From positions 191,704,001 to 191,768,000 of the forward strand of contig OZ024741.1 of the NCBI GenBank assembly GCA_964016885.1: DNA of 64,000 nucleotides. The letters are read 5' to 3'. The notes beneath the pieces were generated by a model. That model searched no databases. It saw only the letters and a list, made by a program, of their open reading frames with translations, and was not told the origin of the DNA. Source of the DNA: Eledone cirrhosa (Eukaryota). Shown here piece after piece: positions 13,300-26,920 of the stretch. Made by a program: the position numbers and the translations under genes. Each line of letters starts with the position of its first letter. The stretch's first letter is position 1.

Positions 13300-14196
13300 T
13301 ATATATATATACATAAAAAGATCGGAATTAAGAGTATTCCGCAGTTCACAGTAATAATAATATTAGCTCAAAGAACAATAGAGAATTTTCATCTGAGCTC
13401 AAATACAAATATATTACACAGAGAGAAGTGTGTTACACGGTGAGATGTCTGTAAAGAATTATTACATGTGAGTTTAATCGTTACTGTATGGAGAACAATA
13501 TCTATAGGTTAGCAATTAAATAGAAAAAAACTACGTCAGAATCAAATCTCTGAAGTAGAGTTTTAAATTACCAACCTTATAACTATAAGCTTGCTGATAC
13601 GAATCTATTTCGTTTCGCCACAGAAATGTGCAGTGCAACAGCCCACAGTTTGCTCCCGAGCTGTTAGTTCACGCGGGATTCTCTGCTACACCTTTTCGTA
13701 ATAATACCGAACAACGTACTGCTTGTCACTCCTTCCTCCAAAAGCCGTACAAAGCGGACATGTGCATCGGGCAGATGGATCAGGTGCAAATCTACACCAA
13801 GCCTATGTGAGAAATTTGCAAGAGACTGCACAGAGAGGGATAGAGAAAAAGAGTAACTTAGTGGAAAGAGTGCAAATGAACTTTTGAGGTAAGTAGCCTA
13901 CGCCTTACTGCTATGACACTGGAACCTTCTGCCAACTTAATCTGTGACTTTCTCTTTCACATTTACTCCAATAGGCCAAAACAGAGGAGTATGAAAAGAT
14001 GGGGTTCAAAATTTCTATGAACAATGCACGTAGACAGCTAAACTGTACTTTCAACTTCTTAATTTTCTCCAAATAAAACAAGTTTCCTGTCGGTATATTT
14101 TCGTGAGATTTTTACAGGCACTAACAAATAAACCTCTCTCATTGGAGGTGCTATTACCAATGTTCTTACCCGTGCAACGCCAGGATACACTGCTAG
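13300..14196 (+). mobile_element. Possible non-autonomous Helitron
   Basis: 3' signature CCCGTGCAACGCCAGG followed about 9 nt later by CTAG-T at 14193-14197; 5' end obscured by (TA)n and the SINE. Confidence 0.45.
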
Positions 14197-14235
14197 TAAC
14201 TTTGTATATATATATGTATATGTATATATGTATAC

Positions 14236-14285
<50 letters not shown>

Positions 14286-14287
<2 letters not shown>

Positions 14288-14735
14288 AGGACGGGTAAAA
14301 TTCCCAAGATCCATGGATGAGTCCTCTTATCCAGCGGTCTCTGTCCCTTTTCATCGCTACCATGTCCTGCATCTCCAAGAGATCAGTGTCTGTCCTTAGG
14401 GCATCAACATATGTCAACCTCGGTCTCCCTCTTCCAGTGTGTCCATGCACAGGCTCCCACAGGAGCACTGAGTGCAGTGTCAACTCTGGATGTCGGTGAG
14501 CATGTCCAGCTAACCTCAGTCTCCTTTGTACTACTCTCGAGCTGACATTTGGGAGGCTCCCGTACAGTTCTGAGTTCTTCATCCTCAGTGTTTACTGATT
14601 AATGTTCAGAGCCATCCTCAGCATTCTCGTGTAGCACCCATCCACCATCTGAGTGAGTTTCTTGGTCATTGTCCAAATCTCAGACTTGTATAGCAGCACA
14701 GAATCCACTACAGCAATGAAGAGACGGATCTTCAG
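14286..14735 (-). mobile_element. RTE-type LINE 3' fragment (distinct family)
   Basis: SVLLYKSEIW...RRLRLAGHAHRH...LLWEP...GRGRPRLTYVD. Confidence 0.75.
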
Positions 14736-17560
14736 GATCTTATCCACTGTAGTAACCTTCCAGAGACACCAACATTCGATAGTTTTTTCAGTAGAATCTT
14801 ATGATCAACCTTGTCAAAGGCCTTGCTGAAATCAAGGTGGATGACATCAGTGTTGGAGCCCTCTCCCAAGGCTCTCAAAACATCGTCAAAGTGATGCAGG
14901 AGCTGCGTTAGGCAGTCCCTTCCATTACGGAACCCATGTTGGTTGGAGTTCAGCAGGCTGTTGCTTTCAAGAAAGTGGGTTATTCGTGATCTCACCACCC
15001 TCTCAAATACCTTGATAATATGTGAGGTGAGTGAGATCGGACGGTAGTTCACTGCAAGGGACTTATTTCCCTTTTTGAAGACTGGGACAGAAAGTTTTCA
15101 GGAATATAGCCAGTGTCCAGTGAGTTCCTCCACAGATTAGTAAGAGGAGATGCAAGTTGGTGTCGACACACCTTCAGGACACAAGCAGGGAACCTGTCGG
15201 GGCCTACTGCTTAATTGTGTTTAATTTCGTTTATTGCTGCTAAGACATCAGGGGCGCCAAACGTTATGTCTGATATAGTGTGTTGGGGATTAACATCACT
15301 GATACAGCCCAGATCGGCCATATCAGGATTGCTGAAAACAGAGCAGTATTGTTTCTGCAGTATCTCGCCCATGGTTTTGGCATTGTCCTGGAGTGTGCCA
15401 ATTTCATCAACTAGGGGGTCAACAGTGGAGACGGTGACCTTGTGATTTTTAGCAAATGAAAAGAACACTTTGGGGTTGAGTTTGATTTTCTCAATGGCCC
15501 ACCTCTCTTCAGCTATTCTCTAGTTATTGATGATGGTCATCATGCATTGCTGGAGGTTATATTTTTTGACTCAAGCAGGGCGATAAACACCGAATGTGTG
15601 TGTTGCTGTTGGTAGTATTTTAGTGTGTTTTTTTTGTTTGTTCTTTTTATTTTTCTGTTTTGGGGGATACTGCACTTGGTTTTGTTCACAGGTTTTGGTG
15701 GGGTGTGTTTTGTACATATATTTGTGACAGTGTCTACAAAGATCTGCCAAGATGTTTTGATGTTGGTGGAAATGTGTGTGTGTGTAAAAGACCAGTCAAC
15801 GTGATAGTTCGTTCATAATTGCATCCCAGTTGGCATTGTAGTGATCCATGTTATCAAATGGGTGGGCTGGAAAGAGGACCCTGGGATTAGCTTTCGGCTG
15901 GTGGAATCTCAAGTTACAAAGAACCATGTCATGGTCTGAGAGAAGGGTTTTTTCCACTGTAATATTATAGATAGTGTTAGTGTAGTTACTAAACACTAGA
16001 TCCAGAATGTTCTTCTGATGCCTTGTTGGTGCAAGGACAAGTTGGGACAAGAAAAACTCATTCATGAAGTCAAGAAGTGACTCGACAGCTTCTTTGTCAG
16101 TGGTTGAGGTTGGGGTGCCTGGTTTCAAAATACATGTAGACCAATCGACACAGGGTAGATTAAAGTCTCCCATCAAAAGTATGTTGCTAGAATGGCACTG
16201 TTTAATAAAGGATTTAATACTGTTGAGGCATTCTTTGAAGCAGATTATGGGTGTTTGTGGTGGCCTGTAGAGCCCAACTAATGTTAGGTCATTGGCTTTA
16301 TTGTGCACAGTGACTGATTCACAGTAGCCATTGGAGAATGTTGTGTTACCATCTGCCGTAAAGGAATCATGCAGGAAAATGGCAGTTCCACCCTTCCTTC
16401 TGCCAACACGATCCGCACGGATGGTTGTGAAATTCCTCACTCTTACTTCGGCCTCCAAGTGGGAGTTTTCAAGGTGGGTCTCAGTAAGAAGGAAGAAGGG
16501 GATGTGAAATGGATGGTTACCAACTCAATCCTCAATGAATTGGTCAGTTTTGACTGTTGCGGGGGGGGGGGGGGTGAGATTGTGTGTTAGTGACAGCAAG
16601 GATGGTGTTGGGTGATGGCTAAAATGTTTTTCTCTATCTCTTTTGCCAGGTTCATGGCTAAAAAAGAAAAAATTTCTTGTTCAGGGAACAGTTTTTGATT
16701 GGATTTGTGGTTACACCATTGGATAGGGTTGCAGTTTCCTCTTTTGTTGTTGTTGTTGTATTTGTTGTAATTGTGTCTTTGTGAAAAGTCTGGAGCAGCA
16801 TTACTTTTGTTGTTGTTGTATTTGTCGTTGTTGTAATCGTGTCTTTGTGAAGAGACTGGAGCAGCATTACTTTTGTTGTTGTTGTATTTGTCGTTGTTGT
16901 AATCGTGTCTTTGTGAAGAGACTGGAGCAGCATTACTTTTGTTGTTGTTGTATTTGTCGTTGTTGTAATCGTGTCTTTGTGAAGAGACTGGAGCAGCATT
17001 ACTTTTGTTGTTGTTGTATTTGTCGTTGTTGTAATCATGTCTTTGTGAAGAGACTGGAGCAGCATTACTTTTGTTGTTGTATTTGTCGTTGTTGTAATCG
17101 TGTCTTTGTGAAGAGACTGGAGCAGCATTACTTTTGTTGTTGTTGTTGTTGTAATCGTGTCTTTGTGAGAAGACTGGAGCAGCATTACTGCAGCAGGGGG
17201 TGGCTTTATTGTGGTTTGTGTGTTGGCATGGAACCCCTTTTCTGTTCGTGCATTGTGTCCCAGGAAGATGAGTGAAGGGACAGTCAGTCAGCAGACATAA
17301 CCTCTCACGTTGGGAATGTTGGCAGATTTTGGGACTCCGACTTATGCGTGCAGGCAGCGTGCTTTGGTGTTGGCTGGCAGTGTTAGTGCACCTAGTACCC
17401 GGTAAATGGGTAAATATACATCGCTACGTGTCATAGCCTCTGACATAGTGAGTAGCGGCATATTTTGGGGTTTCTAGTTTGTGTAGTGGGGAGTGAATAC
17501 AGCTCCATAGATTTTTTTTAAAAGTTCTTTTGTCTACGGCATGGTTGTGGTGGTGATGTG
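14732..17560 (-). mobile_element. Degenerate CR1/jockey-group LINE (ORF1 region, APE, partial RT)
   Basis: APE ORF 15796 (GLYRPP, MGDFNLP, SDH); RT ORF 14732 (NYRPISLTS, NQHGFR, LDFSKAFDKVDH). Confidence 0.8.
16745..17190. repeat. 63-bp minisatellite, about 7 units, in the LINE ORF1 region
   Basis: Unit encodes KVMLLQSLHKDTITTTTNTTT(T) on the minus strand; units vary by whole triplets. Confidence 0.9.
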
Positions 17561-17645
17561 GGGGAAGAAAGCAGTGGTGGTGGCGATGATGATGATGATG
17601 ATAACTGTGGTGGGAGAGAAAGCAGTGGTCGATTACTAGCAGTTG

Positions 17646-17752
17646 ATATATATATATATATATATGCATATATATATATATATGCATATATATATATATA
17701 TATGCATATATATATGCATATATATATATATATGCATATATATATATATATA

Positions 17753-17808
<56 letters not shown>

Positions 17809-17898
17809 TATATATATATATATATATATATGCATATATATATATATATATGCATATATATATATATATATATGCATATATATATATATATATATATA

Positions 17899-17938
<40 letters not shown>

Positions 17939-17978
17939 TATATATATATATATATGCATATATATATATATATATATA

Positions 17979-18026
<48 letters not shown>

Positions 18027-18110
18027 TATATATATATATATATGCATATATATATATATATATATATGCATATATATATATATATATGCATATATATATA
18101 TATATATATA

Positions 18111-18150
<40 letters not shown>

Positions 18151-18180
18151 TATATATATATATATATATATGCATATATA
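17646..18180. repeat. (TA)n array punctuated by TGCA
   Basis: Direct reading. Confidence 0.95.
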
Positions 18181-21100
18181 TCATCATCATCATCACCGTT
18201 TTACGTCCGTTCTTCCACGCTAGCATGGGTTAGACGGGTTGTCCTGTTGTGGGCAGTGTCTGGTCGGCTGACCATGCCTTGCTCATACAGGAACTGATCT
18301 GGCTTGATTTCTACAGCTGGATGCCCTTCCTAACACCAACCTCATTTACAGTCAGTGCTGGGTGCTTTTTCGTGGCGCCTACACGTCCACTTTACAGTGT
18401 GGGCTGGGTGCTTTTTTGCCGTGGCACCTCCACGACCACCTTGCGGTGGGGGGAGTGGAGGCATATTGTTTATATGCTTCAGCATGTACCCATGGGAGGT
18501 CGGGTACCCTGTATTACTGCGTGACGCCAGAAGTCACGGTCGTGTGTCATTGACTTTGAGAGGTGTAGTTGGGTAAGGTCGGCTTTTATCACCTCATCCC
18601 AAGTCATCTTGGGTCTCCCCACTCCGCGGTTTCCATCAACTTCTAGTGCTCTGCACCTTTTTATGCAGCTGTCATCCTTCATACGCATCACATGTCCATA
18701 CCAGCGTAACCGCCTCTCCTGCACGCAGCATTTGATTCCTCTTATGCTCAGTCTCTCTCTCAATTCCTTTATGCTTTGTCGTTCACGTATATTACTGTTA
18801 CACATCCATCGGAGCATGCAGGCTTCGTTTCTCTCTAATCTACGTAAGTCTTCCACCTTCAGCGCCCAGGTCTCACTACCATGCAACATCGCTGTTCGGA
18901 TACACGCATCATACAGTCTGCCTTTCATTCTGAGGGAGAAGCCTTTTGCAGCTAGCAGTGGTAGTAGTTCCCTAAACTTCTTCCATCCCGTTCTTACCCT
19001 AGTTATTGTACTTTCTGAGCACCCACCTCCGTTGCTAATTCGGTCACCTAGGTAGCAGAAGCTGTCTACTGTTTCTACAGGGCCCTCCCAGAGATTGGTG
19101 GTACTTGTTTCCTGTGGCTGTTTGCTTGCTGTTTCAGCACAGCTGCTGCATGTGAATCCTACATTCTTAATTAAGCTTCCTGAGATCCCGCTACATCTCT
19201 TGTGTACCCATTGTTTGCATTTGGGGCAGAGAATGGAGTTCCTACCTACACCTTTCCTACATACTGAGCAAGGCCATTTCCCTGAGGGGATCTGGGTTCT
19301 GTTTTCTCGTCTACTTATAAGGACCTTAGTCTTTGTCATGTTGACTTTGAGGCCCTTTCTCTCTAGTCCCTGCTTCCAGGTTTGGAATTTATTCTCTAGT
19401 TCTACCATAGATTCAGCTATGAGTGCGAGGTCATCAGCATACAGGAGTTCCCATGGGCATCCGGTCTTAAACTCCTCCGTTATTGCCTGCAGGACTATGA
19501 TGAACAGGAGAGGGCTAAGAACAGAGCCCTGGTGGACCCCAACCTGTACGCTAAATTCCTCGCTATACTCATTGCTAATCCTAACTTTGCTGACTGCTCC
19601 CCTATACATGGCTTGTACCGCTTTCACAAGCCATTCATCTACTCCTAGTTTTCTAAGAGCCCACCAGATTACTGCACGTGGAACTCTGTCAAAGGCTTTC
19701 TCAAGGTCGACAAATGCCAAGTAGAGTGGCTTACTTTTAGCTAGGTACTTTTCCTGTAATTGCCTCACAAGGAAGAGGGCATCAGTGGTGTCTTTCCCTG
19801 GTACAAACCCAAATTGCATCTCGTCTATATTCACCCGGTCCCTAATCAGCTGTGCTATAACTCTTTCTGTTACTTTCATGACCTGGTCCATCAACTTTAT
19901 ACCTCTATAGTTTCCTCTATCTAGTGCATCGCCTTTACCTTTGTAGCAGTTGACAATGATGCTACTGCACCAATCTTTTGGTATGGCCCCCTCTAGTATT
20001 ACCTGGTTAACGATACGTGTGGTTATAGTGTGACCTACAGACCCAGATCCCTTCAGCATCTCGGCAGCTATACCCGATGGACCGGTTGCCTTCCCTATCT
20101 TCATATCTCTGATTGCCTTACTTACTACGCTGCCGCTGACTTGTACTGCTGGTCCCTCTATAGGGTCTACGTGGGGTAGGGTCTCTTCTTCCCATGCATT
20201 CTCCTCATTTAGTAATCTATCATAATGACTCTTCCATGCAGCTTTCTTCTCAGCACTTGTGAGGGCAAGCTCACCTTTATCATTCCGGATACACTTCTCT
20301 CCAATGACATCACAACTATCTCTGACACACTGCCTCGCAATCTTGAATACCTCCTGTTTCTGGTCCTCACGTTGTAAAACATGCTTGAATTTTCTATCCT
20401 CTGCTTCCCTCCTAGCTAAGTATACTTGTCGCCTAGCTTCCCTCTTGGTCTCTATGTAATGTACCCTGCTCCCTCCGTTCTTCCATTCTTTCCATGCCTG
20501 TCTCTTGGCCTTGACTGCTTCATCTACCTTATTGTTCCACCACCAAGTCACTCTCCTCCTGCTTGAGGTCTTACTCCAGCCACAAACCTCATCCGTCGCC
20601 TCTAGTAAGTTATTTTTTAGGAACTCCCAGTTCTCTTCTACGTTAAATGTCTCTATCTGTTCTTCTTTACTGTCGTAGGCGTTGAGTAAAATATCTTTAA
20701 ATCTGTTACTGGTTGAGGGGACTTTCAGCTTCCAGATCTTTCTTCTCCAGGTTGGCCTCTGTTTCAGGGCTCGTCTAGTTCTGACCGTGAGGTCGCTGAC
20801 AACTAAGCTATGTTGGGATGTACATTCCTCACTAGGGAAGGCTTTTGTGTTTACGACCGTCCATCTGTCACGTCCTCTGATGAGGATAAAATCTAACTGA
20901 CTAGAGTGCTCCCCTGATCTATAGGTGATCAGGTGGTTGTCGGGTTTTTTAAAGTTTGTGTTACATATCGACATGTCATTGGCGTCGCAGAATTCTAGAA
21001 GTCTGAATCCTTCCTCATTCCTTGTGCCAACTCCATGGCCTCCATGTACTCTATTGAAGCCGTCGCAGTGTTTACCTACGTGTCCGTTAAAATCTCCTGC

Positions 21101-21259
21101 AATGATTAGGAAGTCCTTGTCGTCTGTTAGAGCAGTAGTGTGTATTAGGGACTCGTAAAACCTATCCTTAAGTTCGTCTGGCAGCCCCGATTGGGGTGCG
21201 TAAGCTGATATTATTGTGGTAATTGTCTTATTCAGGACTAGTCTGAGTTTAATGATTCT

Positions 21260-21260
<1 letters not shown>
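18181..21260 (-). mobile_element. RTE LINE subfamily A, 5'-truncated within APE, flanked by (TA)n
   Basis: (GAT)n tail at 18181; continuous ORF; 5' junction into TA/TGCA repeats. Confidence 0.95.
18479..21260 (-). CDS. RTE ORF (partial APE, RT with PHD finger), open but N-terminally truncated
   Basis: SAYAPQ, AGDFNGHVG, FVDLEKAFD, HQGSVLSP, YADD; the first about 40 aa of the 967-aa ORF call are microsatellite. Confidence 0.9.
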
Positions 21261-21297
<37 letters not shown>

Positions 21298-21357
21298 TAT
21301 ATATATGCATATATGCATATATATATATGCATATATATATATATATATATATATATG

Positions 21358-21765
21358 CATCATCATCATCATCGTTTAACATCCATATTCCACGCTTGCA
21401 TGGGTTTGGACGGGAGTTTTCCCACTTGAGGCAAGAGTGGTTGTCTTGCTCGCATAGGACTGTCTGGCGGATTTTCTACGGCTGGATGCTCTTCCTAACA
21501 CCAACCACGTTTACAGTGTGGAACTGGGAGGTTTTTACCATGTTACCTACACGCCCACATTACAGCGTGGACTGTGTGTTTTTTGTCGTGACACCTACAC
21601 AACCTCATTTGTTTCGGCCTGGATGTTGTGGTACCAACATAACTTTACATTGAAAGGGGGTGGTGTGGATGGGGTGGGGGTAGTGGGACCGGGGTGTATT
21701 TTGTTAGAGGTGCCTACTGATTGTAGTAGGTTTTACTTTGTATTTAGGTAAGGCGAGTCTTCTTT
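21358..21765 (-). mobile_element. Short RTE 3' fragment (B/C-like) in (TA)n
   Basis: 3'UTR homologous to 23047-23560, with (GAT)n tail. Confidence 0.85.
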
Positions 21766-21776
21766 GCATATATATA

Positions 21777-21850
<74 letters not shown>

Positions 21851-21903
21851 AGTATGTATGTATACGTACATACATATATGTATACAGACGTACAGTAGCA
21901 TGC

Positions 21904-21936
<33 letters not shown>

Positions 21937-22073
21937 TATACACATATGCATACAGGTACACATACATATATGCACGCATCAGTTTAGCCGACGTTTATTA
22001 TAACGCCTGCTTTGTTCGTTTGTTTGTTTGTTTGCTTTTCAACTTATCGTTTTCGGTATGCCTGACCGATTTA

Positions 22074-22135
22074 ACTCACTCAATATGCAAATTAGGCTGC
22101 TCAGCCGTTAATTTTCATAAGGAAAGTATATACTT
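22074..22135 (+). promoter_or_regulatory. Candidate snRNA-type promoter (octamer, conserved box, TATA) of RZ-A
   Basis: ATGCAAAT at 22085-22092, TAATTTTCATA, TATATA at 22127-22132; same order and spacing in RZ-B/C/D. Confidence 0.5.
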
Positions 22136-22165
22136 TCGAACGTTCAACTATCTGGCAGATGGGTA

Positions 22166-22210
22166 AACGGTGCTGATGATAGCTAACAAGCTTGAAACTA
22201 GTACATCGTT
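22166..22210 (+). ncRNA. Minimal type I hammerhead ribozyme
   Basis: AACGGUG-CUGAUGA-U-AGCU-aaca-AGCU-U-GAAAC-UA-GUA/CAUCGUU; predicted cleavage after 22203. Confidence 0.85.
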
Positions 22211-22369
22211 CCTGTGTCAGTGTTGAACAAAAAGGAGACGTGGTTGCCTTAACACCGTATGGCATAAATTCAGGCTGTTCGATTTGTTGACAAACAAACA
22301 AACAAAGCAGGCGTTATAATAAACGTCGGCTAAACTGATGCGTGCATATATGTATGTGTACCTGTATGC

Positions 22370-22410
<41 letters not shown>

Positions 22411-22644
22411 TGCTACTGTACGTCTGTATACATATATGTATGTACGTATACATACATACTTACATTTAAGTAAGTGCCATACTAAGAGTGAGAAATGAAA
22501 TTTCGTTTTCATTTTTTTCAACTTATCGTTTTCGGTATGCCTGACCGATTTAACTCACTCAATATGCAAATTAGGCTGCTCAGCCGTTAATTTTCATAAG
22601 GAAAGTATATACTTTCGAACGTTCAACTATCTGGCAGATGGGTA

Positions 22645-22689
22645 AACGGTGCTGATGATAGCTAACAAGCTTGAAACTAGTACATCGTT
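22645..22689 (+). ncRNA. Minimal type I hammerhead ribozyme (second unit)
   Basis: Identical to 22166-22210. Confidence 0.85.
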
Positions 22690-22859
22690 CCTGTGTCAGT
22701 GTTGAACAAAAAGGTGACGTGGTTGCCTTAACACCGTATGGCATAAATTCAGGCTGTTCGATTTGTTGACAAACAAACGAACAAAGCAGGCGTTATAATA
22801 AACATCGGCTAAACTGATGCGTGCATATATGTATGTGTACCTGTATGCATATGTGTATA

Positions 22860-22923
<64 letters not shown>

Positions 22924-23046
22924 TGCTACTGTACGTCTGTATACATATATGTATGTACGTATACATACATACTTACATTTAAGTAAGTGCCATACTAAGA
23001 GTGAGAAATGAAATTTCGTTTTCATTTTTTTCAACTTATATATATA

Positions 23047-26000
23047 TCATCATCATCATCATCAGGTTTAGCGTCCGTGTTCCACGCTTGCATGGGTTTG
23101 GACGGGGGTTTTCCCACTTGAGGCAAGAGTGGTTGTCTTGCTCGCATAGGACTGTCTGGCGGGTTTTCTACAGTTGGATGCCCTTCCTAACACCAACCAC
23201 ATTTACAGTGTGGGGCTGGGTGGTTTTTACCGTGTTGCCTACACGGCCACATTACAGCGTGGACTGTCTGGCGGGTTTTCTACAGCTGGATGCCCTTCCT
23301 AACACCAACCACATTTACAGTGTGGGGCTGGGAGGTTTTTACCGTGTTGCCTACACGGCCACATTTACAGCGTGGACTGTGTGTTTTTTGTCGTGACACC
23401 TACACGATCTCATTTGTTTCGGCCTGGATGTTGTGGCACCAACATAACTTTACATTGAAAGGGGCGGTGTGGGTGGGGTGGAGGTGGTGGGACGGGGGGG
23501 TGTTTTGATAGAGATGCCTACTGACTGTAGTAGGTTTTTACTTTGTATTTAGGTAAGGCGGGTCTTCTCTATTACTGAGTACCGCCAAAGGTCTCGGTCC
23601 AGTGACATTGTCTTGGAGAGGTGTAAGCGTGTGAGGTCGGAATTTATCAGCTCGTCCCATGTTTTTCTGGGTCTGCCTACTCCGTGGCTACCGTCTATCT
23701 TTATTGCCCTGCACTTTGTTATACAGCTGTTGTCTTTCATGCGCATCACGTGACCGTACCAACGTAGCCTTCTCTCGAGTAAACAACATCTGATCCCTCT
23801 TATTTCTAATTTTTTCCTTAGTTCGTTTATGCTTTGCCGTTCACGTATATTACTATTGCACATCCAGCGGAGCATGCAAGCTTCGTTCCTCTCTAGTCTG
23901 CGTATATCCTCTGCACACAATGCCCAGGTCTCACTGCCATGCAGCATTGCTGTTCGTATGCAGGCATCGTATAACCTGCCTTTCATTTTTAGGGAGAACC
24001 CTCTAGCGGCTAATAGTGGTATAAGCTCTCTGAACTTTTTCCATCCAGTTCTGACTCTAGCTACTGTACTTTCAGAGCACCCTCCCCCACTGCTGATTTT
24101 GTCACCCAGATAACGGAAGCTGTCCACTATTTCTATAGAACCCTCTGCGCAGTTGAAGGAGCTAGTATTTTGTGGGCACTTGCTGCTACTTATTGCACCA
24201 GAGCACCGGCCACATGTAAAATCTATGTTCTTAGTTAGCTTACCTGTGATCCCACTACATCTTTTATGCACCCATACTTTGCATTTGGGACATAAAATGG
24301 AGTCTCTACCTACGCCTTTCCTACACACTGAGCATGGCCATTTCCCAGATGGGACTGCCGCCTTATTTTCTTTCCTACAAACTAGAACTTTAGTCTTAGC
24401 CAGGTTAATTTTAAGGCCTTTTGATTCTAGGCCGTGCTTCCATGTTTGGAATTTCTTCTCTAGTTCGGTCATTGATTCAGCTATGAGCGTTAGATCATCT
24501 GCGTATAGGAGTTCCCATGGGCAGCCGGTCTTGAACTCCTCTGTTATAGCCTGAAGGGCAATAATAAATAGTAGGGGGTTAAGAACAGAGCCCTGATGGA
24601 CACCAACTTTTACGCTAAACTCTTCACTATATTCGTTGTTAATTCTAACCTTACTGACTGTTTCTTTATACATGGCTTGTATAGCTCTCACAAGCCATTC
24701 GTCAACACCTAGTTTTCTAAGAGACCACCAGATAATGGAACGGGGGACTCTGTCGAAGGCTTTCTCCAAGTCGACGAAAGCTAAGTATAGGGGTTTACTT
24801 TTAGCTAGGTACTTCTCCTGTAGTTGTCGTACAATGAAAAGAGCGTCTGTGGTACTTTTGCCTGACACAAACCCGAACTGCATTTCATCTAGATCAATTC
24901 TCTCTCTGATTAGTTGCGCTATTACTTTTTCCGTGACCTTCATGACCTGGTCGATTAATTTAATGCCTCTATAGTTACTCCTATCTAGGGCATCTCCTTT
25001 TCCCTTATAGCAGTTAACGATGATGCTGCTACGCCATTTCTTCGGAACAACCCCATTCTGTACGACTTGGTTAACTATCCGGGTGACCATGGTGTGTCCC
25101 ACCGAACCAGATGCCTTCAGCATCTCAGCAACTATTTCCGAAGGCCCAGCCGCCTTACCCGTCTTCATATCTTTGATTGCCTTACTTATTATACTACCTT
25201 CAACTAACACTGCTGGTCCCTCTATTGGATCGATCTGGGGGAGACTGTCTTTCTCCCATTTGTTCTCCTCATTTAGAAGCCTTTCGTAGTGACACTTCCA
25301 AGCTACCTTCTTATCAGCGTCGGTGATGGCAAGTATGCCATCATCGTTAAGTACACACTTCTCCCCGACAATATCACGGTTTTCCTTGACACATTGCCTG
25401 GCAATCCTGAACACCTCACGTTTTTGGTCCTCACGTTGTAGAACATGCTTGAACTTTCTTTCCTCTGCTTCCCTTCTTGCGAAGTACACTTGTCTCCTAG
25501 CTTCCCTCCTGGCCACTTGATAGTCTTCTCTACTTCCCCCATCCCGCCATACTTTCCAAGCCTGCTTTTTGGCCTTAATTGACTCCTCCACCTTACTGTT
25601 CCACCACCATGTTACTCTCCTCCTACCTACAGGCCTGCTCCAGCCACAGACTTCGTCTGCCGCCGTCAGCAGGTTTGCTCTCAGGAATTCCCACTGTTCC
25701 TCTATATTATACGACTCTAATTGCTCTTCCTTACTGTCGAAAGCGTCAAGTAATATGCTTTGAAATTTATTTCTGGCTATGGGGTCCTTTAGCTTCCATA
25801 TTTTTCTCCTGAGGATAGTCCTCTTCCGCTGTCTAGTACGTCTCGTCCTGACTATGAGGTCGCTAATTATCAGTCTATGTTGGGAGGTGAATTCTTCATG
25901 GGGGTGGGATTTAGTGTTAACAACAGACACTCTGTCACGTCTTCTGGTAAGGATATAATCTACCTGGCTTGTGTGTTCCCCCGATCTATAGGTGATCAAG

Positions 26001-26920
26001 TGATTGTCTCGTTTTTTGAAGTTAGTGTTACAGATAGTTAAGTTATTTGCGTCGCAGAATTCCAGGATTCTGGAGCCTTCCTCATTTCTAGTACCGAACC
26101 CATAGCCTCCATGGATTCCGTCATAGCCGTCACAATGTTGTCCAACGTGACCATTTAGGTCGCCTGCAATAACTATATAGTCACTGTCGGTTATTTGGGA
26201 GGTAGCGAGCATCAGTGTCTCGTAGAATCTGTCTTTTATAGCGCCGGGCAGTCCGGATTGGGGTGCGTACGCAGATATTACTGTCACCGTAGTTTTATTG
26301 AGGACAAGTCTTATTTTAATTATTCTGTTGTTCACTCTATTTACGTCTATTATCTTATCTGCCCACTTTTCTGCTACCATGATTCCTACCCCACCCAACC
26401 CATTGTCATTTCCCACCCAGAAAAGCTTATAGCATCGTTCTTTACCCACGATGAATCTAGCCGACCCTCCCCTCCACCTGGTCTCTTGAATACAACAAAC
26501 ATCGACCTCCTTTCGTTCAAGCATTTCTACAACCTCGTTAGAGCGACCCTTTAAGGTGCCTACATTCATGGTACCAACTCTGAAGTTTTGGATTGCGTTT
26601 GGAGGGTGGGAGCGGTGGGGCGCGGGGGGGGGGGGGGGTTATGTTAGCCATCCTGGGCCGAAACAAGGAGGAGTGCTTGCATTCTCGTCCACGAGGTGAA
26701 TTTGGCTTTATCTTCGGCATTGTCGCTGAGCGTCCACATTTTTCTCTCTTCAACTCTCCAGAATTCCGTAGTCCATCCATCATATCGAAAAGCAACCAGT
26801 TAAGCGATAGTATGGGCCTCTGACTTATGATTGGTCCACGTAATAATGGTGGTGCGTGGGGGCGGGAGGGAGGGATGATGGGTTGTTAGCGAGAATGTAA
26901 GGTTTAAGATAAGATCGCCG

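Larger units (their letters stand above)
21848..23037 (+). mobile_element. Hammerhead tandem repeat (retrozyme-like) array RZ-A: inverted 5' arm plus two direct units, period 479 bp at the HHR
   Basis: 21848-22030 is the reverse complement of about 22290-22465; direct units start near 22036 and 22515; one HHR per unit; TA-rich flanks. Confidence 0.85.

Noticed and set aside
18609-20900. Antisense ORFs over RTE copies (148 aa, 209 aa and others)
   Set aside because: Shadow frames of the RT ORF, repeated only because the element is repeated.
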